Below, piece by piece: positions 58,093 to 64,000 of a stretch of 64,000 nucleotides of DNA. Below the pieces are notes generated by a model, which saw only the letters and a list, made by a program, of their open reading frames with translations, searched no databases and was not told the origin of the DNA. Source of the DNA: Patescibacteria group bacterium (GTDB taxonomy: Bacteria; Patescibacteriota; Patescibacteriia; UBA9570; JAHJKD01); the NCBI GenBank assembly GCA_018822435.1, contig JAHJKD010000003.1, positions 1,208 to 65,207 on the forward strand. The letters run 5' to 3'. How positions within the stretch are numbered: the stretch's first letter is position 1; the number at the start of each line of letters is the position of its first letter. The position numbers and the translations under genes are program-made.

Positions 58093-59580
58093 ATGGCAAT
58101 ATCTGATTATTACAAATATAGGCTCTTAGAAATCATTCCCGGATTTTTGGTTTGGGGTACTTTAATTGGAATGGTTGTTTTTTCTTTTATTAAGCCGTTG
58201 TGGATGATAATTTTTATTATCATTTTTGATTTTTATTGGTTATCAAGAATTTTATATTTATTAGTATTTTTATTCATATCCTTTAGCCGTTATAAAAAAT
58301 CAATTAAAATTGATTGGCTGAAAAAATGTGAAGACGTGCCAGAGTGGAAAAATATGTATCATGCAATCTTTTTACCAACTTACAAAGAAGATTGGGATAT
58401 TGTAGATGGGACATTTGACAGCTTGATAAATTCTGATTATCCTTTGGATAAAATGATTGTTGTGTTTGCGGCGGAAGAAAGGGACAAAGAAGATGTTGAG
58501 AAAATAGCAGAGCAAGTTCGGGAAAAATATGAGAAATATTTCAATAAATTAATTGTTACTTTTCATCCAGATAATATTCCCGGCGAAGTAAAAGGCAAGG
58601 GCGCAAATATTCATTATGCGGGCAAGATAGTAAAAAATTATGTGGATGAGCAGAATATACCATATCAAAACGTAATTGTGTCTTCTTTTGATATTGATAC
58701 TTGCGTGCATCCGCAATATTTTTCATACCTGACATATCATTACCTCAAACATCCGAATCCGACACATGCAAGTTTTCAGCCAATTCCGCTATTTAATAAT
58801 AATATCTGGGATTCACCGGCATTCATGCGAATTGCCTCATTTGGTACCACTTTCTGGCTCATGACAGAGCAATTGAGGCCGGAAAGGCTATTTACCTTCT
58901 CATCACACAGTATGAGCTTTAAAGCCCTGGTAGACGTCGGTTTTTGGCAGAATGATATTGTAACTGAAGACTCCCGTATTTTTTTACAATGTTTTTTACA
59001 TTATAATGGGGATTACGAGGTATATCCTATGTATATTCCGGTTTCTATGGATACAGTCATGGGCAAGAGCTGGTGGTCTTCCTTGGAAAATTTATATAAA
59101 CAACAAAGACGCTGGGCATTTGGGGTGGAACACTTTCCCTATATGCTTTGGCATTTTAGGAAAAATAAAAAAATTCCCTGGGGCAAGAAATTTCGTTATG
59201 TCCTGAACCTGACAGAAGGATTTTATTCCTGGGCAACTGCGCCAATCATGATTTTCATACTAGGCCGATTGCCTTTAATGGTGGCTTCACCGGAAGTCAG
59301 CTCTTTAGTTGTCGTTCAGAATGCACCATATATTTTGCAATGGTTGATGACAGCGGCCATGATCGGTTTATTGGTTTCAGCCGTCCTGTCTTTTATGTTA
59401 TTACCACCGCCGCCGAAACGGACGCATAAAGGGAAATATTTTGTCATGGTTCTGCAATGGCTGCTATTCCCGATTTCTATGATTGTATTTGGTTCTGTGC
59501 CAGCCATCGACGCGCAAACGCGCATGATGACGGGAAAATATTTGGGCTTTCATGTTACTGAGAAAGCTCGGAAAAAGTAG
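58093..59580 (+). CDS. Membrane glycosyltransferase family 2
   Basis: KGAN, DID, TED, QQRRW. Confidence 0.88.
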   Translation: MAISDYYKYRLLEIIPGFLVWGTLIGMVVFSFIKPLWMIIFIIIFDFYWLSRILYLLVFLFISFSRYKKSIKIDWLKKCEDVPEWKNMYHAIFLPTYKEDWDIVDGTFDSLINSDYPLDKMIVVFAAEERDKEDVEKIAEQVREKYEKYFNKLIVTFHPDNIPGEVKGKGANIHYAGKIVKNYVDEQNIPYQNVIVSSFDIDTCVHPQYFSYLTYHYLKHPNPTHASFQPIPLFNNNIWDSPAFMRIASFGTTFWLMTEQLRPERLFTFSSHSMSFKALVDVGFWQNDIVTEDSRIFLQCFLHYNGDYEVYPMYIPVSMDTVMGKSWWSSLENLYKQQRRWAFGVEHFPYMLWHFRKNKKIPWGKKFRYVLNLTEGFYSWATAPIMIFILGRLPLMVASPEVSSLVVVQNAPYILQWLMTAAMIGLLVSAVLSFMLLPPPPKRTHKGKYFVMVLQWLLFPISMIVFGSVPAIDAQTRMMTGKYLGFHVTEKARKK

Positions 59581-60403
59581 GGTGACCTTTTAAAAATTCT
59601 GCATAGGACATTGATTGTTTGCCTTCTGGTTGAATTTCAGCAATCACTAATTCCTCGCCCTTAAGATGGGCTTTTTTTATTTTATATCTTTTATCTTTCC
59701 ATTTGAAAAATATGCCCGGCCATGGGGTATAAGCTCGAAGTTTATTCATTATTTCAACTGGTTCGTCTTTTTTTATATCAATTTCACCATCTTCTCTTTT
59801 AATCATTTTGGAAAAAGTGGCCTTAGACCCATCCTGAGGTTGGGGTTTAATAGAATTTTTCAGATATAGTTTTATTGTTTTTACTAACAATTCTGCGCCT
59901 TCTTGTGCACAAATATTGCTCAAGGCCGGATAATCAGTATTTTGAGGTATTTTTATTATTTGCTGAGAGAGGATAGGACCGGAATCCATGCCTTTATCCA
60001 GCTCCATGATTGTAATTCCGGTTTCAGGGTATCCGTTTAATAAAGCGGACTGCATGGGTGAGGGGCCGCGCAGGTCAGGCAGCAGGGAAGGATGTAAGTT
60101 AATAAAACCGCATGTAGGAATGCCTAGGATTTCCTGGGGAATTATTTTTCCATAAGCAACTACGATTCCTAAATCTGGTTTTAAGTTTTTAATGAAGTCA
60201 GAAGAAAGTTTTTCGGGTTGATGAAGCTCAAGATTTTTTTCTTTAGCCAGCAGAGCTACTGGTGGAGGGGTAAGAATTTTTTTACGACCAACTGGCTTAT
60301 CTGGCTGGGTAATAACTGTAATTAAAAAATCCCCTTCATCAAGCAATGATTTCAAAGAAGGAATAGCGAAGTCGGGCGTACCGAAAAATAATATATTAGT
60401 CAT
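59555..60403 (-). CDS. fmt: Methionyl-tRNA formyltransferase
   Basis: FFGTPDFA, TQPDKPVGR, NLHPSLLP, MDSGPI. Confidence 0.96.
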   Translation of the reverse strand: MTNILFFGTPDFAIPSLKSLLDEGDFLITVITQPDKPVGRKKILTPPPVALLAKEKNLELHQPEKLSSDFIKNLKPDLGIVVAYGKIIPQEILGIPTCGFINLHPSLLPDLRGPSPMQSALLNGYPETGITIMELDKGMDSGPILSQQIIKIPQNTDYPALSNICAQEGAELLVKTIKLYLKNSIKPQPQDGSKATFSKMIKREDGEIDIKKDEPVEIMNKLRAYTPWPGIFFKWKDKRYKIKKAHLKGEELVIAEIQPEGKQSMSYAEFLKGHPTFSELSQ

Positions 60404-60863
60404 TGATCCGATCAATAAATAAAATGCCGTCTAAGTGGTCAACTTCATGCTGGATAACGCGGGCAAACAAACCTTTGGCTTTGAATTCTATTTTTTCTCC
60501 GTTTTCATTTAGGGCTTTGAATCTGATCTTATTAGGACGGGAAATATCAGCAAATTCACCAGGCAGAGACAGGCAGCCCTCTTCTGCCGTATTTATTTTT
60601 GTAGATAAAAAAGTAATTTTAGGATTAATTAAAATTAGATCTTCATTAGTGGGGGAGGCAGCCTTTCCAATTACGACAAAACGAAGATTTGTGCCAACTT
60701 GGGGAGCGGCCAGGCCGATGCCATCGTCTTCATACATGACTTTTTTCATGGCATCAAAAAAACCTTGATTATATTGGATAATCTGTTCACCTGAAATTTC
60801 ATCAGACTTTTTTCTTAGGATTGGGTTCTTTGCCCCGGTTTGAATTGATAAATTATTGTTCAT
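60396..60863 (-). CDS. def: Peptide deformylase, housekeeping copy
   Basis: GIGLAAPQVG, EGCLS, QHEVDHLDG; adjacent to fmt. Confidence 0.96.
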   Translation of the reverse strand: MNNNLSIQTGAKNPILRKKSDEISGEQIIQYNQGFFDAMKKVMYEDDGIGLAAPQVGTNLRFVVIGKAASPTNEDLILINPKITFLSTKINTAEEGCLSLPGEFADISRPNKIRFKALNENGEKIEFKAKGLFARVIQHEVDHLDGILFIDRIND

Positions 60864-60886
60864 GACTAAATATACTAACAGATATT

Positions 60887-62479
60887 TTACAATCTGTCAA
60901 TAATGAAGTTGTCCGGATTTTTTATGTTTTTTAGTTCTTCAGGGTTTTTAATATATGATTCTTGCCTATTTTTTTTATTTATTATTTTAATTAAATTGCC
61001 GTAGGGAGGATATTTTAATTTTTTACGGATATCTTTTTCTTCTTCGTAAAAAGCTTTGAAATTTAAGTGAGCGGCCATATTAATGGCCGGATGCAGAGGG
61101 GAATGGGTCTGGATAACGGTTTTTTTATTTAAGTTGATTATTCTGACTAGTTTTTCAAATACTCGTGAAGAAGCATTGAATTCTGGTATGGCCAGCTCGT
61201 GGTCGACTGAAATTACGCCAATTAAATCAATATTTTTTATATCAATATAATTCAGGGCAAAGTCTGTTCCAATTATAATATCAGCATCGTAAATATTATC
61301 TGGGAGCTCGTCTTTAGTCAATTCAATAATATTTTTAGTAGGAAATACATTTTGAATTTCTGATAATAATTTTTTAATTCCATACACAGCTTGCTTTAAA
61401 TCAAGCGACTGGCATTTGGGGCAGGCGGTTAAATTTTCATCAAGTTTAATAATATGTCCGCATTTTCGGCATACGTATAATTTGAATTCACCTTTGCGGT
61501 TAAATAATAAAAAAGATTTTTTTGATTCTGATAATTCTTTTTTTAATGGATCACTGAAATAAGAGTAATTTCCGGATATTTTTTCATCTGACATATTAAT
61601 AACTTTTGCAATATCAATTTTCCGTAATAATTCAATTTTCTCCAAATCAAAATAATGTTCAATAAGCGGAGCCTGAGAGGTGTATAAAATTTTTATACGA
61701 GGGTTTAATTTAACAATTTCTTCGGCCACTTTTACAACATTGTACCTGGGATTCTGGTCATAGTTTTTATGCGATTTATTCTCTTCATCATCAATGACAA
61801 GCAGTTCAACATTTTCCGTAGGAAAGAAAATTCCTTTTTTTGTGCCAATAATAATTTTTCTTTTGCCAGATTTAAAATCAGCCCATTCATTATATATGGA
61901 ATTTTTAGAGAGCCCGGAATGTATATAGCCAATATCTAGGCCTGGTATCACGAGCATATCATTTAATTCCGGTACAATAATAAGGGCCTGGCCTTTTAGA
62001 TTTTTTAACAAACCTATTATAAAAGCATTTTTTTCATTTCTATTTGAATAAAAGAGAAGTTGTTCTTGTTTATTGATTTTTTTTATGGCTTGTTTAATAT
62101 CTGGAATTCTATTTTTTGAAATTGTTGTTCCAGAGGGAATGAGTTGGTTTTGTTTGACTTTATGTTTAGCTTTAGGAATATCAGGCAAGAGTGTTTTAAA
62201 AGCCAGGGTAGGGGAGATAAAATAATATTTTTCTAGCCAGTCAAGAAGCTTAGTTTGCTCTTGAGATAGTGATAAATCACCTAGTTTTTTTATAATTGGC
62301 TTAATATTTTTAAAAGCAGTTGTTTTTTTTAATTCATAAACAAGGCCTGTAATTTTTGTTTTACGGAATTCAACTTGCACTATATCTCCAGGAGTTATGG
62401 CAAGATCTTCAGGAATGGAATAGTCAAAAGCTTGGATAGAGCGAGGAGCCTTTATTTGTGGTATAATAGCTGCGTACAT
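60887..62479 (-). CDS. priA: Reduced, degenerate primosomal protein N'
   Basis: FDYSIP 3'-binding domain, IVPE, DDEE, PRY, NRKG, IQT, LKYPPY; next to def-fmt. Confidence 0.85.
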   Translation of the reverse strand: MYAAIIPQIKAPRSIQAFDYSIPEDLAITPGDIVQVEFRKTKITGLVYELKKTTAFKNIKPIIKKLGDLSLSQEQTKLLDWLEKYYFISPTLAFKTLLPDIPKAKHKVKQNQLIPSGTTISKNRIPDIKQAIKKINKQEQLLFYSNRNEKNAFIIGLLKNLKGQALIIVPELNDMLVIPGLDIGYIHSGLSKNSIYNEWADFKSGKRKIIIGTKKGIFFPTENVELLVIDDEENKSHKNYDQNPRYNVVKVAEEIVKLNPRIKILYTSQAPLIEHYFDLEKIELLRKIDIAKVINMSDEKISGNYSYFSDPLKKELSESKKSFLLFNRKGEFKLYVCRKCGHIIKLDENLTACPKCQSLDLKQAVYGIKKLLSEIQNVFPTKNIIELTKDELPDNIYDADIIIGTDFALNYIDIKNIDLIGVISVDHELAIPEFNASSRVFEKLVRIINLNKKTVIQTHSPLHPAINMAAHLNFKAFYEEEKDIRKKLKYPPYGNLIKIINKKNRQESYIKNPEELKNIKNPDNFIIDRL

Positions 62480-62499
62480 AAATATATTATACATGATAT

Positions 62500-63207
62500 A
62501 TGGAAATTGAGGAGCTTATAAAAAAACATAATATTATTATTGAAAATCATGCGCTTGAGCTGTATGAAGAGGGTTTAAGACGCATGAAAAATAGTGAGGA
62601 TCCGCTTCATGCGGATGAACATGTTGGTGATATATTTGGAAATCTGGATGAATTCTTAAGGAAAGAAAAAAGTATTAGAAATAGCGAAATTAATTTTTCC
62701 GTACTGCTTCCCGCTATTGCGTGGCATGATACGTGGAAAGCGACCCGACCGCAAACAAAGAATTTGGTAAAATATCGATACGAACAAATATGGGACGGGA
62801 TCGGATCAGCCCGGGTGCTGACTGAATTTGTCCAGGACAAAAAAATTGACAAACAACTGACTGACAGGATAGTGCGAAGCGTATATTATCATACGCAAGT
62901 GCCAGACCAACTAAGAAGGAAATCTGAGGATTATTATGAAAATGATCTGGATCTGGAAACTAAGATCTTGCGTGATATGGATGGACTGGATATGTGGAGC
63001 ATGAAAAGGATACACTTAGCTGAAGCAGAGCATTGTGATGAAGAGGGCGTATTTCGTGACAGAAAAATGTTTTTTATTGCCCGGTGGGTTTATAATGCGA
63101 TGGATAAAAAGACCATGATTTTTCATTTTGACTGGCCGAAACAGGAATATCTTAAGCGAAAAAAAATCCTGCTGGATTACAGCCGGGATATTCTAGACGC
63201 GAATTAG
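62500..63207 (+). CDS. HD-domain protein
   Basis: H...H, AWHD, H, D.D residues. Confidence 0.65.
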   Translation: MEIEELIKKHNIIIENHALELYEEGLRRMKNSEDPLHADEHVGDIFGNLDEFLRKEKSIRNSEINFSVLLPAIAWHDTWKATRPQTKNLVKYRYEQIWDGIGSARVLTEFVQDKKIDKQLTDRIVRSVYYHTQVPDQLRRKSEDYYENDLDLETKILRDMDGLDMWSMKRIHLAEAEHCDEEGVFRDRKMFFIARWVYNAMDKKTMIFHFDWPKQEYLKRKKILLDYSRDILDAN

Positions 63208-63209
63208 AA

Positions 63210-63788
63210 CTACTGTTTTTTAAGTTTGTATTTATAGAATAAATTGACAGCTGCAAAAACGATTATGCCCCCCAAAAAGCAGAGCATAAGGTCGTTGGCT
63301 GTGTCCCGGCCGTCACCAAGCCGGTTAGAGCCGAAAATCAGGTCTTCAAAATATTCCTCCCATTCATACAGCACTCCGAACATGACACTGACGCAGAGAG
63401 TTAAAGTAGTTGTGCCCACCAAGCCCATCTTAAAGACTTTGGCTTTTTGCAATTCCCAGAAAACATAGAGAAGATTAGCCGCAATGGCAATGCCCGAAGC
63501 AAAGTGGAGGAATTGATCATACCAAGAAAAAGCGCTGTAGAAATGAAACATATCTGCCAGGGCGTCAAGATAGAGCAGGACTATTATTATAAGCAGCCCC
63601 CAGAGCGGAAGCTGTTTTTTTGTAATTTTACGGAACCAGGAGTTCAAGAGCTCTATTATGAGCCAGGTAACGCAAGAAGTTATGACTAAACCGAGCCAGG
63701 TAAACTCTAATTCAAAATTAAGAATTTTAAAGAAATTTAAAAGTTCAAATAATATTAAGATTGAAATTAGTATACGGAAAATAATCAT
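63210..63788 (-). CDS. Membrane protein, DUF2238/YjdF-like
   Basis: WYDQFLHF, GVLYEWEEY, DTANDL. Confidence 0.7.
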   Translation of the reverse strand: MIIFRILISILILFELLNFFKILNFELEFTWLGLVITSCVTWLIIELLNSWFRKITKKQLPLWGLLIIIVLLYLDALADMFHFYSAFSWYDQFLHFASGIAIAANLLYVFWELQKAKVFKMGLVGTTTLTLCVSVMFGVLYEWEEYFEDLIFGSNRLGDGRDTANDLMLCFLGGIIVFAAVNLFYKYKLKKQ

Positions 63789-64000
63789 GCTTTATTTTCT
63801 TTATTTTTTATTCCTTGCTTAAAAATAACTTCTAAGACAATTAATGTCAGGATGCATCCCATGCCCGCCATAACCAAATCATTGGCTGTATCCATTCCAT
63901 CACCGAGCCGGTTTGAACCAGTAAAGACATCTTCCAGATATTCTTCAATTTCATAAACTACGCCCAAAGTGAGGGCAGCAGAAAAAATAAAAAGGTTTTT
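63785..64000 (-). CDS. Partial tandem paralog of the preceding membrane protein
   Basis: GVVYEIEEYLED..GSNRLGDG.DTANDL; runs off the window end. Confidence 0.7.
   Translation of the reverse strand, partial: KNLFIFSAALTLGVVYEIEEYLEDVFTGSNRLGDGMDTANDLVMAGMGCILTLIVLEVIFKQGIKNKENKA

Overview
AT-rich bacterial window with few Shine-Dalgarno sites; gene content suggests Patescibacteria/CPR (inference). The right two-thirds is housekeeping and metabolism: nadM-nadA-nadC-nadB, gatB, a complete carAB-pyrBI-pyrC-argF-pyrD-pyrK-pyrE-pyrF operon with a possible attenuator leader, miaB, malic enzyme, thrS, dnaE, rodA, rplY, two DUF3048 genes, fmt/def and a degenerate priA. The main feature is an atypical integron-like system at about 6690-22739. 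A short tyrosine recombinase that lacks the IntI-specific insertion is divergent from an attI-like site and five minus-strand cassettes. The cassettes are delimited by conserved Y-shaped attC-like sites (TAAC-GTTY-11 bp stem-two arms-11 bp stem-T-GTTA). Two of these sites carry whole genes inside a hairpin arm: a Fic toxin-antitoxin pair in one and a GNAT gene in the other. Every cassette has its own extended terminal inverted repeats. One cassette is 10.3 kb and carries a defence operon (GmrSD-like, HTH, type I R-M, TPR, Cas4-like nuclease). All structures were paired by eye; none were computed.
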